Assembly (NCBI RefSeq): GCF_003594875.1
Contig: NZ_QZEY01000015.1
Coordinates: forward strand, 1 to 64,000
DNA length: 64,000 nucleotides
Reading direction: 5' to 3'
Origin: Bailinhaonella thermotolerans
GTDB lineage: Bacteria; Actinomycetota; Actinomycetes; Streptosporangiales; Streptosporangiaceae
The notes under the pieces were generated by a model. The model did no database searches. It was not told where the DNA came from and worked only from the letters and a program-made list of their open reading frames with translations. The position numbers were made by a program, and so were the translations under genes. Each line of letters starts with the position of its first letter. Within the stretch, counting starts at the first letter, position 1. Shown one piece after another: positions 27,887 through 37,301 of the stretch.

Positions 27887-27943
27887 GGGCGGCCACGTTA
27901 CCGGTTAGACGGGTAACTCCGGAAGCCGGGGTAGCGTGGCGGG

Positions 27944-28507
27944 GTGAAAGGGTTCGACTTCCGGGGCGGACGGCACTGCCTGAACCTCGCCGCGACCGTG
28001 CGCCGCCGCTGGGGCGCCCCCGTCGAGCAGCTCACGGCGCCCGCGGACCTGGCCCGCTGGTTCACCGAGGCCGGCCTGACCGCCGGGCCGATCCCGGTCG
28101 AGGACGCCGACCTGGTGGCCGCCCGGGAGCTGCGCGAGGCGATCTACGACGTGATCACCGCGCACCGCCTGGGGCGCGAGATCCCCGCCGGGCCGCTGGC
28201 CACCCTCAACGCGTGGGCCGCCCGTCCGCCCCGGCCCCTCCGCCTCGACCCGGTGCCCGGCGCGCGCCCCCTCCTGGCGTACGGCGAGCAGCCGGCCGCG
28301 GGCCTCCTCGCCGAACTGGCCCGCGACGCCGTGGACCTCCTGGCCGGGCCGCACTCCCAGCGCATCCGCGAATGCGAGAACGACCGCTGCTCCTACCTCT
28401 TCGTGGACACCAGCCGCGCCGCCCACCGCCGCTGGTGCTCCATGGGCGCCTGCGGCGCGCGCGCCAAGATGGCCGCCTACCGCGCCCGGACCGCCGCCTC
28501 CCGATGA
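27944..28507 (+). CDS. CGNR zinc-finger / ABATE-domain protein (putative stress-responsive regulator)
   Basis: C-terminal CENDRCSYLFVDTSRAAHRRWCSMGACGARAK matches the CGNR zinc-finger pattern. Confidence 0.75.
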   Translation: MKGFDFRGGRHCLNLAATVRRRWGAPVEQLTAPADLARWFTEAGLTAGPIPVEDADLVAARELREAIYDVITAHRLGREIPAGPLATLNAWAARPPRPLRLDPVPGARPLLAYGEQPAAGLLAELARDAVDLLAGPHSQRIRECENDRCSYLFVDTSRAAHRRWCSMGACGARAKMAAYRARTAASR

Positions 28508-28558
28508 CGCCGCCCCGCCGTACGGCCCGCGCGCCGGCGAGGTGGGACACTGGACGCC

Positions 28559-28975
28559 GTGGGACGCAAGCCGACCGTGGACCGAGAAGAGCTGCGCCGC
28601 CTGGCCGCCGCCGGACTGACCAACGCCGAGCTGGCGGCGCGCTTCGGCGTCAGCGAGTCCGGCATCCTCCAGGCCAAGCGCGCCGCCGGCCTGAGCCGCC
28701 CCATGCTCGACCACGGCGCCGCCATCCCCTGGAAGCTCCGCCGCGAGCACAACCAGTCCGGCCCGGCCACCAACCTCCGCAACCTGTCGGCCCTGGCCCA
28801 GGGCGCCCCGGTCCCCCCGACCAAGGCCAACACCGCCCTCCGCTGGGCCCGCCGCCTCACCGAGGCCGGCCTCGACATCACCTATCACCCCGACCGAGGC
28901 TTCGAAGAGATCCCCGCGGGCCCCGAAAGCCACCTGGCCCGAGTCCTCAAATCCGCCGAGGACCACCTGGCCTGA
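28559..28975 (+). CDS. Small helix-turn-helix protein (138 aa), possible regulatory or excisionase-like
   Basis: LTNAELAARFGVSESGILQAKR HTH. No other motif recognised. Confidence 0.55.
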   Translation: MGRKPTVDREELRRLAAAGLTNAELAARFGVSESGILQAKRAAGLSRPMLDHGAAIPWKLRREHNQSGPATNLRNLSALAQGAPVPPTKANTALRWARRLTEAGLDITYHPDRGFEEIPAGPESHLARVLKSAEDHLA

Positions 28976-29039
28976 CCGGCCCTAGGGCGTTCTCCCAAAG
29001 GAACGGGACGAACCGCTAGGGTTGGGCGGCTTCCCCGCG

Positions 29040-29520
29040 CCTGATCTTGAGGCTTCTGCTCTGTCACCGATTCGGGCTCCCCGCCCTCCTGCTCACGTCC
29101 GCGTATCTGCTCGCGGTGGCCGTCCTCGGCGTCCTTGATCCTCGTCGCAGCCCTGCGCGATAGCCGCCGCGGTCTGCGGCCGCCCGCCCTCGGCCTCGTC
29201 GCGGCGGCCCTGCTCGGCGTGCTCGCGACCATCCCCCTGCCCGAGATCGCCCTGGACGTGCCGAGCGAGGCCGCCCAGCCCGACCCCACGATGGGCTCGC
29301 TCTTCCACCGGCCCCTGGAGATCTAGGGCTGGCCCCTCCACGACCTCCAGGACCCATTCGACGGATAGCCCCGTTCTGGTTCAGGGTGGCGTTCCTCATC
29401 TCGGCGTCCGCCCTGCTCATCCTGCGCCGCGGATCGCGTCGGCCGTCGCCGACAGCCGTACGCCCTTGACACTCGAGGTGGCGCGGCCGGGCCGGGGGTG
29501 AGGACCTGCCCTGCCCCAGC
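29040..29520 (+). pseudogene. Possible degraded membrane-protein gene (three hydrophobic ORF fragments in different frames)
   Basis: Fragments ...LLLTSAYLLAVAVLGVLD*, MILVAALRD...LVAAALLGVLATIPL...*, and ...WFRVAFLISASALLILRR... are separated by stops and frame changes. No intact ORF of more than 63 aa. Confidence 0.3.
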
Positions 29521-29627
29521 GCGCGCCGGCGCCCCGGCCCGGCCACGGCTTTACTCTTCTTGAAATGAAAATCATTGTCAAATCGCCCGGGGCGGCTTGG
29601 TGCGGGTGGGGATGGCGGTTAGGGGGG

Positions 29628-30284
29628 TCAGGGGCGGTGGGCGGTGAAGAGGGCGGCGGCGCCGGTGGATTCCACTGTGACGCCGGTCAGGCCCAGGGCG
29701 GAGAGCCAGGTGCGGAGGAGGGCGGGGGTGATCTCGGCGGGGCCGAACACGCCCACGGCCCGGGACGCGGCGATCAGGGCGTTCTGGCGGAGGCCCGCCC
29801 CGGAGACCAGGCAGGTGCCGCGGAGTTCGCCGCCGGGGCGGAGGACGCGGGCCATCTCCGCGAGCGCGGCGCGCGGGTCGGGGAAGCAGTGGAGGCCGAA
29901 GAAGGTGAGGCACAGGTCGAACACGGCGTCGCCGTACGGGAGGGACTCGACGGAGGCGCGGACGAAGGACGCCCGGACGCCGCGCCGCCGGGCCTCGGAC
30001 CTGGCGCGGTCCAGCATGAAGGGGGAGAGGTCGCAGGCGACGTACTCGGCGGGGCCGGTCAGGCCGCGGAACGCCACCCCGCCGCCGCAGGGGACGTCGA
30101 GGACCCGCCCGCCCTCGGCCGCGGCGCCCGCCGCCGCGATCGCGGCGTAGAAGCGGCGCAGGTCGGCGCCCCACAGGACACGGGCGAAGGCGCGGGCGAC
30201 GGGTTCCCTCTCGACCGCGGAGTCGTACGCCAGGGCCGTCAGCCTCGACCGCCGCCAGTGATCCATTCCCTCACTGTCGCACAT
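29628..30284 (-). CDS. Class I SAM-dependent methyltransferase
   Basis: Motif I VLDVPCGGG, then the acidic residue and motif post-I. 218 aa. Confidence 0.8.
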   Translation of the reverse strand: MCDSEGMDHWRRSRLTALAYDSAVEREPVARAFARVLWGADLRRFYAAIAAAGAAAEGGRVLDVPCGGGVAFRGLTGPAEYVACDLSPFMLDRARSEARRRGVRASFVRASVESLPYGDAVFDLCLTFFGLHCFPDPRAALAEMARVLRPGGELRGTCLVSGAGLRQNALIAASRAVGVFGPAEITPALLRTWLSALGLTGVTVESTGAAALFTAHRP

Positions 30285-30297
30285 CCGGCCGGTGAGG

Positions 30298-31206
30298 TCA
30301 CCGCGAGAGGACGGCCTCGGCGATCATCACCTGGCTCGGGTGCATCTCGCGCTCGCCGTCCGCGACGTCCCACAGCGTGTTCTGGAGCGCCCGGCCGAGG
30401 GTCCAGCCCGCCGCGCGCTCCCGGTCCAGCCCCATCACCTCGGTCATCAGGTCGAACCGCCGCAGCACGCGCGCCGGGTCGCCCGTCTCGGCCGTCTCGT
30501 CCCAGAGGTCGCCGAGCGCGGGCATCAGGTCGAACCCGGGGTCCCCGGCGAGCGGGTTCGGGTCGATGGCCAGCCACGGCTCCCGCTCCCCGGCCAGCAC
30601 GTTCTTGTGGTGCAGGTCCCAGTGGAGCAGCCGGTCCCCGGACTCGGGCAGCAGCTCCCGCACCGCGCCCGCGCACATCTTCAGCAGGTGCCGGTCCCGC
30701 TCGCCGGCCAGCCGCTCCAGCGCCGCCGGCACCTCGCCGAGCATGTCCGCCGCCACGTCCGCCAGCCTGCGCATGCCGGGCGGGGCGGGGTGGGCGTGCA
30801 GCCGTACGAGCATCTCGGCGATGATCCGCGCCTCCTCGGCCTCGTCCCCGAGGACCGACAGCGGACGGGTGAAGTCCAGCCGCTCCAGCAGCATCGCCCC
30901 GGCCACGGGGTCGTCGGCGAGCAGCCGCACGGCGCCCCGCCCGTCCCAGATCCGCAGCGCGTCGTAGGACCCGGCGCTCTCCTCGTTCACCGGCTGGATC
31001 TTCAGCGCCGCCGGCGTCCCGTCCTCCCGCGTCACGGGGAGCACCAGCCCGGCGTACCCGTGCATCGCGTCCCCGTCGATCCGCAGCCCCCACTCGCCGA
31101 GGAACCGCTCCACGAGCCCCGGGACCGTCGCGATCCACGCCGGTCCCCCGTCCTCCGGCCCGTACTCCGCGTGCCGCGCCGCCAGCCCCTCCGGAACCGA
31201 GATCAT
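30298..31206 (-). CDS. Aminoglycoside phosphotransferase, APH(6)/streptomycin-6-kinase-like family
   Basis: Brenner motif LLHWDLHHKNVL and DxxxxxD (AIDPNPLAGDPGFD). 302 aa, typical for APH(6). Confidence 0.8.
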   Translation of the reverse strand: MISVPEGLAARHAEYGPEDGGPAWIATVPGLVERFLGEWGLRIDGDAMHGYAGLVLPVTREDGTPAALKIQPVNEESAGSYDALRIWDGRGAVRLLADDPVAGAMLLERLDFTRPLSVLGDEAEEARIIAEMLVRLHAHPAPPGMRRLADVAADMLGEVPAALERLAGERDRHLLKMCAGAVRELLPESGDRLLHWDLHHKNVLAGEREPWLAIDPNPLAGDPGFDLMPALGDLWDETAETGDPARVLRRFDLMTEVMGLDRERAAGWTLGRALQNTLWDVADGEREMHPSQVMIAEAVLSR

Positions 31207-31825
31207 TTCCCGAGGCTACCCATCCGCCCTGTGTGTCCGCTTCCGATTTTCTCCTCCGCCGGGGCGGTGGCGGCTGTACGGCTGACGCGGGGTCGGGCAC
31301 CCGAATCGCCGGTGTCGGCGCGGACCCCTTCGGGCAGTCCGCCTCGGGGTGAAGCGGCCCCGGCTCGCCTGGCTGCCCGTTCCCGGCGCCAGGCCGAAAG
31401 CCTCGGGACCGGTCCCACCCGCGTCCTCACCCGATCCCCGGCACCTCGGGCCGAGCGCCGGTGCTCACCTATCGCCGCCCCGGCCCTGGCCCCGACACCT
31501 CGGGCGGGACCGTCGCCGTGGCGTGTCGTGCCGCCTCCCCTCGCTCAGCCCGCTTCCCCTCCTCGTGCCGTGATCTCGCGATCCCGCCCCATCCTCGGCT
31601 CCTCCCGGCGCCTCGGGTGGAGCCGGCGCCAGGGTGGAACTGCAAGATCACGGCTGGGGGATGGGGCCTGCGCCGTCCTCGCGTGGGGTCATATGTGGGG
31701 CGGGATCGCGAGATCACGGCCAGGAGGGGGTGGCGCCTGCGCCGCCCTCACCTCGGGTCGTGTGCGGGGTGGGACCGCATGATCACGGTCAGGAGGCGCG
31801 CCCCACGCGTGAGGATGGGCCGGGG
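31207..31825. repeat. 620-bp repeat-rich non-coding spacer containing a MITE-like element copy and tandem partial copies
   Basis: Element copy at 31568-31654 with imperfect terminal IRs (ccgtgatctcgcgatcccgcc / ggtggaactgcaagatcacgg), followed by two ~72-bp tandem partial units each ending ...gatcacggYcaggagg. Upstream, degenerate cctcggg/ggcgcc segments. Confidence 0.7.
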
Positions 31826-33304
31826 TCAGGGGGTGCCGAACCAGCGGGTCAGGGCCGCCTGGAGACGGGACGGGCGGTCGCCCAGCCAGGCGACGTGGCC
31901 GTCGGGGCGGATCAGGAGGGCGTCCGCGCCCAGGGGGCTCTCGGACACGGCGGTGACGATGGCGACGCGCTCGGACCAGGGGGCGGCGGCGTCGCGGAGG
32001 TCGGGGCGGTCGGCGAGGTCGAGGAGGATGGGGAAGGCCGGGCGGAGGAGGTCGGCGAGCCGGTGGGTCTGGTCGCCGACCTTGAGCGCGGCGTTCGGGG
32101 CCAGGTGCCCGGCGCCGGGGACGCCGACGTCGTACCGGATGTCGAGCCCGCTGATCATGTTGCCGAGGTAGGCGTTGACCTCGTCGAGATGCATCAGGTC
32201 GGTGAACAGCTCGCGGAGGGGGTCCACCGAGGGGTCCGGGTTCATCAGGGCCATCTGGGCGCTGACGTTCCACAGCACGCGGGCGGCGACCGGGTGCCGC
32301 TCGGAGTGGTAGGTGTCCAGCAGCCCCGGCGGAGCCCACCCGTTGACCTCGGCGGCGAGCTTCCAGCCCAGGTTGAACGCGTCCTGCAGGCCGGTGTTGA
32401 CGCCCTGCCCGCCCGCCGGGAAGTGCACGTGCGCGGCGTCCCCCGCGAGCAGGACCCGCCCCTTCCGGTACACCTCGGCCTGCAGCGCGGCGTCGCCGTA
32501 CCGCGTGAGCTGGGCGGGGTCGGTCATGCGGACGGGGAACCCGGCGATGCGCTCGACGCTCGCCCGCAGCTCGTCCAGCGTGACGGGCGCCCGGCGGTCG
32601 GCGTGCGGCCCGCTCCAGTCGTACGTCGAGACGCGGCTGAGCCCCGCGGGGTGCACGTAGAACTGGACCCAGCCGCGCGGCGTGCGGGTCCAGCCCCAGG
32701 GCACGTCGTACGGGTCGAGCAGCCGCACGTCGCCCATCAGCGCCGCCACCGTCGCGCCCTTGCCGGCGAAGGGGATCCCGGCGAGCTTGCGCGTGGCGGA
32801 GCGCGCCCCGTCCGCGCCGACGACCCACGACGCGGTGAGGGTGTACCGGCCGTCGGGCCCGGCGATCTCCAGGGCGACGTGGTCGCCCCGGTCGTCGAGG
32901 CCGACGAGTTCGTGCCCGCGCCGGACCTCGGCCCCCAGCGAGGTCGCGCGCTCGAAGAAGACGTGCTCGGCCCACGCCTGCGGCGCGCCCACGTGCGCGG
33001 GCCCCTCCAGGTCGAGCTTGGCCAGGTCCAGGTCGAACATCAGCCCGAAGTGGAACGCGAACGGCCGGTCCGGCGGCCTCCGGTCGACCCGCCGCCCGCC
33101 GATCCCGCCCACCGCGTCGAGCAGCCCGCGCCGTTCCAGCATCTGCGCCGTGCGGGCGTGCAGCGTGCCCGCCTTCGACTGCCACGTGGGCTCGGGCAGC
33201 CGCTCCAGCACCACCGGCCGGACCCCCTGCAAGGTCAGCTCCGCCGCCAGCAGCATGCCCACGGGCCCGCCGCCCACGATGGCGACGCCGTACTCGACAC
33301 TCAT
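31826..33304 (-). CDS. FAD-dependent aromatic-ring monooxygenase (PHBH-fold, PheA/TfdB/Rox-like)
   Basis: GxGxxG (VAIVGGGPVGMLLA), DG motif (VVGADGARS), GD motif (LLAGDAAHVHFPAGGQGVNTGLQDAFNL). Confidence 0.85.
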   Translation of the reverse strand: MSVEYGVAIVGGGPVGMLLAAELTLQGVRPVVLERLPEPTWQSKAGTLHARTAQMLERRGLLDAVGGIGGRRVDRRPPDRPFAFHFGLMFDLDLAKLDLEGPAHVGAPQAWAEHVFFERATSLGAEVRRGHELVGLDDRGDHVALEIAGPDGRYTLTASWVVGADGARSATRKLAGIPFAGKGATVAALMGDVRLLDPYDVPWGWTRTPRGWVQFYVHPAGLSRVSTYDWSGPHADRRAPVTLDELRASVERIAGFPVRMTDPAQLTRYGDAALQAEVYRKGRVLLAGDAAHVHFPAGGQGVNTGLQDAFNLGWKLAAEVNGWAPPGLLDTYHSERHPVAARVLWNVSAQMALMNPDPSVDPLRELFTDLMHLDEVNAYLGNMISGLDIRYDVGVPGAGHLAPNAALKVGDQTHRLADLLRPAFPILLDLADRPDLRDAAAPWSERVAIVTAVSESPLGADALLIRPDGHVAWLGDRPSRLQAALTRWFGTP

Positions 33305-33795
33305 CTCTTTCCCCTCACCAGGCCGGGCCTTCCGTCCCAGGAACCCCGGCCGCCCCCCGCGCGTTGCGCCGGCCGTCGGTACGGCGGGCCGCGCCGGGCC
33401 GGGGGCCGGAAGTCATGGGACCCTTCGCGGAGTTGTCACGACTGTCCGGGAAGGACGCAATTTCGATCGTACGTAAACAGTCGTACAAAGCCGCCCTCCT
33501 GTCAAAGCGGCGCCGGCCGCCCCCGTCGCCGGCGGCCCGAGGCCGTACGGCGGGAGGCGTGGCGGGAGGCGGCCGTTCCCGGACGGGTCCGGAAGGGTCC
33601 CAGCGCTTCCCGGCGGTTCTGGAGGTTCTGGGAGGTTCCTGGAGGTTCCGGGAGGTGGAACGGCCGGGTTCCGCGCGGCGGAACGAGGCGTGGTTTCCGG
33701 GGCCCGGGTGGCACAGGCTGCGCAGCAACTCGCGCGGGAGTGCCGCGCGGGACGCGCGCGGAGCGCTCCCCCCGCCCGCGCCGAGAAAGGCTGCG

Positions 33796-35589
33796 ATGAT
33801 GCGAAACCGTCTCCGCCGCGCCGTGGCGACGTCGAGCGCCGGCGTGTTCCTGCTGGCCATGGGCGCGCAGGCGACATCGGCCCAGGCCGCGCCCGCCGAC
33901 TCCCACATCCCCTCCGCCTGCGGCGACCGCCGTCCGCAGGAGGCGGACCCCGGGTCGTACGGCATGCAGCTCGACGGGTCGTTCCGGCATCCGGGACTGA
34001 CCCCGGCGGGGGAGGAGCGGCACTCCTTCCCCGGCGGCGCGCGGGACCTCTTCCCCGCGACGAAGGGGTACGACCCCCGGTCGTACACGGAGGGGCCGGT
34101 GAAGGTGGAGGCGGCGTACCGCGGGCCGGACTTCACCCCGGACTACTTCCACACCTGGCAGAACGTGGTGGACTTCGGCGGGCGGCGCTACCTGTTCCAG
34201 TACGACCGCAGCGAGGCCCGCGTCTACGACGTCACCGACGTGCGGAAGGTCACCATCGTCGAACGGCTGAGCCGGAGCGACGTGGACGTGCCGTACGGCG
34301 AGAACCCCGAGCTGCGGGACGGGAAGGACTGGAAGGCGCACGACTACTGGGGCGCCTCGACCATCCAGTGGAACGCCCGGCTCAAGGCGTACGTCATGGT
34401 GCAGAGCTTCGAGCAGAAGCGCCAGGTGGGCGAGCTGGGCGACGCGCCCGGGCGCACCAAGTTCGAGAACCCCGAGGGCGTGGCCAGGCTGCGCGCGACG
34501 CCCGGCCTGAAGGGCTTCAAGGTCTACCGGCTGGACGGGCCGCGCAAGAAGGACTGGAAGCTGCTGTCCACGGTCACCACGGACAGCACGGTCGCGAACC
34601 CGCTGGACTCGCGGCCGGAGAGCACCCCGCAGCAGGGCTCGGGCTCGCTCGACGTGCCGTACTACATCGGCGAGAAGTACCTGTTCCTGGCCGCCGCGCC
34701 GCGTGACGACTGGGGCAACACCGAGGTCCCGACGTACCTCTACTCGGCGGGGTACCAGGCGTGGGACCTGTCGGACCCGGCCAAGCCCCGCAAGCTGGGC
34801 GAATGGCACCGCCCCGGCCAGGTCAGGGGCGAGGAGGCGGAGTACCGCAAGGACCCGCGCTGCGGGAACCGCACCTCCTGGATGGGCGCCCGCATGCCCC
34901 TCTTCTTCCCCAAGCCCGTCGAGCACGGCGGGAAGATCGCCTTCGCGGCCCTCGGCGGCTTCGGCCTGTCCGTCCTGGACGTGTCCGACCCGGCGAACAT
35001 GAAGGAGATCTCGCACCTCTCCCTCCCCATGTCCGTCGGGGGCACGGAGGCGGACAACGTGGACGTCTCCCAGTACGAGCGCACGGGCATGATCTACGTC
35101 AGCGGGTACCCGCTCGGCGAGGACTGCTACGAGCCGTACAAGGACGTCTTCCAGGTCGACGTCAGGGACCCCGCCAGGCCACGCGTCGTCGGCGCGCTCC
35201 CGCGTCCCAAGCCCCCGGCGGGCGCGAAGTTCACCGACTACTGCCAGCGCGGCGGCAGCTTCGGCCCCAAGCGCACCGGCTACTACACCTCCCCAGGCGA
35301 CCCGCGGCAGGGCCTGTTGCCGTACGCCTTCTACAACGCCGGGGTCCAGTTCTACGACGTCCGCGACGTCCGCCGTCCCCGCGTGGCCGCCCAGTTCGTC
35401 CCGCCGGGCTACAGCCCCGCGGTCCCCGACTACGCCCTCGGCAACCAGACCCACGGCATCTACGTCGAGTGGGACCGCAAGATCGTCTGGGTGTTCACCA
35501 ACGACGGCGTCTACGCCCTGTCGTCCCGCCTCCTCGGCCGCCCCAACCTGGAAGCCCCCCGCACCCCCTTCCGCAACAGCGCCCTCTGA
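33796..35589 (+). CDS. Secreted LVIVD-repeat beta-propeller protein
   Basis: Signal peptide MMRNRLRRAVATSSAGVFLLAMGAQATSAQA. Repeated VYDVTDVRK, LDVSDPANMKE, VDVRDPARPRVVG and YDVRDVRRPRVAAQF motifs characteristic of LVIVD repeats. The upstream part of track ORF 33364 is leader. Confidence 0.7.
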   Translation: MMRNRLRRAVATSSAGVFLLAMGAQATSAQAAPADSHIPSACGDRRPQEADPGSYGMQLDGSFRHPGLTPAGEERHSFPGGARDLFPATKGYDPRSYTEGPVKVEAAYRGPDFTPDYFHTWQNVVDFGGRRYLFQYDRSEARVYDVTDVRKVTIVERLSRSDVDVPYGENPELRDGKDWKAHDYWGASTIQWNARLKAYVMVQSFEQKRQVGELGDAPGRTKFENPEGVARLRATPGLKGFKVYRLDGPRKKDWKLLSTVTTDSTVANPLDSRPESTPQQGSGSLDVPYYIGEKYLFLAAAPRDDWGNTEVPTYLYSAGYQAWDLSDPAKPRKLGEWHRPGQVRGEEAEYRKDPRCGNRTSWMGARMPLFFPKPVEHGGKIAFAALGGFGLSVLDVSDPANMKEISHLSLPMSVGGTEADNVDVSQYERTGMIYVSGYPLGEDCYEPYKDVFQVDVRDPARPRVVGALPRPKPPAGAKFTDYCQRGGSFGPKRTGYYTSPGDPRQGLLPYAFYNAGVQFYDVRDVRRPRVAAQFVPPGYSPAVPDYALGNQTHGIYVEWDRKIVWVFTNDGVYALSSRLLGRPNLEAPRTPFRNSAL

Positions 35590-35757
35590 CCCGCCCCGGC
35601 CCGCCGTCCGCACCGTACCGGGGGCCGGCCCGCCGATCCTGTACGGCGGGGCGGCCCGCTCCACCGCGCCCCCCCGCGATGAGCCCTGCGCGAGGGAGCC
35701 CTACGCGATGAACCCCTCGCGAAGGGGCCCCTCGCGCAGGGTCCCCTCCGAAAACCC

Positions 35758-35845
35758 CCCCGTGATCTTGCGATTCCGCGCCCACCCCACACTCCCCGAG
35801 GCCTCGCGTGGTGCCGGCGGCGGTGCGGAATCGCAAGATCACGGG
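35758..35845. repeat. MITE-like 88-bp element with 21-bp near-perfect terminal inverted repeats (CCCGTGATCTTGCGATTCCGC)
   Basis: Left end cccgtgatcttgcgattccgcgcc. Right end ggcggtgcggaatcgcaagatcacggg, whose reverse complement matches 20/20. Interior ccgaggcctcgcgtggtgccggcgg is shared with the copies at 31568 and 40426. Confidence 0.75.
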
Positions 35846-35918
35846 CGAGGGAGTGAGGGGAGCGGGGGCTGCGAGAGGGGCATGGGAGAGGTGCGCAGGG
35901 GGTGCCGGGGCCCGGGGT

Positions 35919-37301
35919 CTAGGGGCGGGCTCCGGCCGGCGCCGCGGGTGGCGAGGGTGCGGGGACCGCTCTGGGGAGGGTGAGGGACAGGAGGGCGGCG
36001 GTCGCGGGGAAGAGGGTGATCACGGCCAGGGACGGGGCGAGGCCCAGGGGGGCCGACAGGGCGGCGGTGAGGGCCGAGGCCGTCGCGCCGCCGGCGAAGA
36101 AGGCGAGGTTGAGCAGCCCCATGCCGCCGCCCCGGGTCGCCGGGGGCAGGTGGGCGGACATGATGGCGGTCACCGCGACCTGGGCGGTGGAGAACGCGGC
36201 GAAGCCCAGCGACGCGGCGGCGATCAGGAGCACGGCCCCGCCCGCCAGCGCCGCCGCCAGGAGGACCGCGGCGAACGCGGCGGCCACGGCCGCCAGCAGT
36301 GTGTTCCTGGCCCGGGGGGAGCGGACCGCGCCGACCGCGCGGGACGCGACCACGCCGACCACCGCGCCGGGGAGCAGCCAGGCCCCGACCGCGAGGACGC
36401 TCATGCCGTGCTCCCTGACGAGGAGCTGGGGCGCGGCGTACATCGTGGCGAACAGCCCGCCGTACACCCCGATGCCCACGGCGGCCGCGACCAGGTAGGG
36501 GCGGTCGCCCACCAGGCGGCGGGGGACGAACCCAGAGGGGACGCGCCGGACGCGCAGGGCCAGGCCCGCCGCCGCGACCACGAACACCGCGCCGACCACG
36601 GCCGCGGCCACGCCGGGCAGGCCCAGCGTGCCCGCCTGGATCAGGATGAGGAACGCCGAGGCGGCCCCCGTGAGCAGGCCCGCGCCGGTGAGGTCCACGC
36701 GCGCGCCCGTGCCCGGCCGTACGGCGAGGCCCGCGCAGAGCGGGGCGGCCAGCAGCGACAGCGCGGGCAGGACCAGGGTGATCCGCCAGGACGCCAGCTC
36801 GGTGACCACGCCGCCCGCGAGGGTCGCCGCCGCCGAGAACACCGCCATCGACGCGCCGAACCCCGCGAGCATGGAGGCCCGCCGCTCCGGCGCGGCCGCC
36901 GCCGTCAGCGCGAGCGCGCACGCCGACATCGCCCCCGATCCGGCCGCGAGCACGAACCGGCCCGCGACCAGTACCCGCAGGTCGGGCGCGACCAGGCAGA
37001 CGACCGTCCCGAGGGCGAGCACGATCGCCCCCGCGGCCAGCGTCCTGCGCACGCCCCAGGCGTCGGACAGCCGCCCGAAGAACGCCGTCCTCAGCCCGAG
37101 CGCGAGCGCGTGCGCCGTCAGCACCCACGCCACCTCGGCGGGCCCGGCCCGCAGCTCCGCGCCCACGTCCGGCAGCGCGACCCCGGCCGCCGTCACCCCG
37201 AACACCGCGGGCCCGAACAGCGCCCCGACCCGCACGCCCGCCGACCGGGCCCCGGCGGGCGCCGCCGCGACGGCCGCGTCCACGGAACTCGCGGAGCTCA
37301 C
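35919..37301 (-). CDS. MFS transporter
   Basis: C-terminal portion of track ORF 35919..38564. About 12 hydrophobic helices. GTG start overlaps the stop of the upstream FAD-oxidase gene (GTGA). Confidence 0.75.
   Translation of the reverse strand: MSSASSVDAAVAAAPAGARSAGVRVGALFGPAVFGVTAAGVALPDVGAELRAGPAEVAWVLTAHALALGLRTAFFGRLSDAWGVRRTLAAGAIVLALGTVVCLVAPDLRVLVAGRFVLAAGSGAMSACALALTAAAAPERRASMLAGFGASMAVFSAAATLAGGVVTELASWRITLVLPALSLLAAPLCAGLAVRPGTGARVDLTGAGLLTGAASAFLILIQAGTLGLPGVAAAVVGAVFVVAAAGLALRVRRVPSGFVPRRLVGDRPYLVAAAVGIGVYGGLFATMYAAPQLLVREHGMSVLAVGAWLLPGAVVGVVASRAVGAVRSPRARNTLLAAVAAAFAAVLLAAALAGGAVLLIAAASLGFAAFSTAQVAVTAIMSAHLPPATRGGGMGLLNLAFFAGGATASALTAALSAPLGLAPSLAVITLFPATAALLSLTLPRAVPAPSPPAAPAGARP

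Noticed and set aside
29565-30824. 419-aa plus-strand ORF
   Set aside because: It is antisense to the methyltransferase and APH genes and its translation is Gly/Ala/Arg/Pro low-complexity.
31634-35664. 721-aa plus and 720-aa minus ORFs
   Set aside because: These are antisense partners of the FAD-monooxygenase and LVIVD-protein genes and have no motifs.
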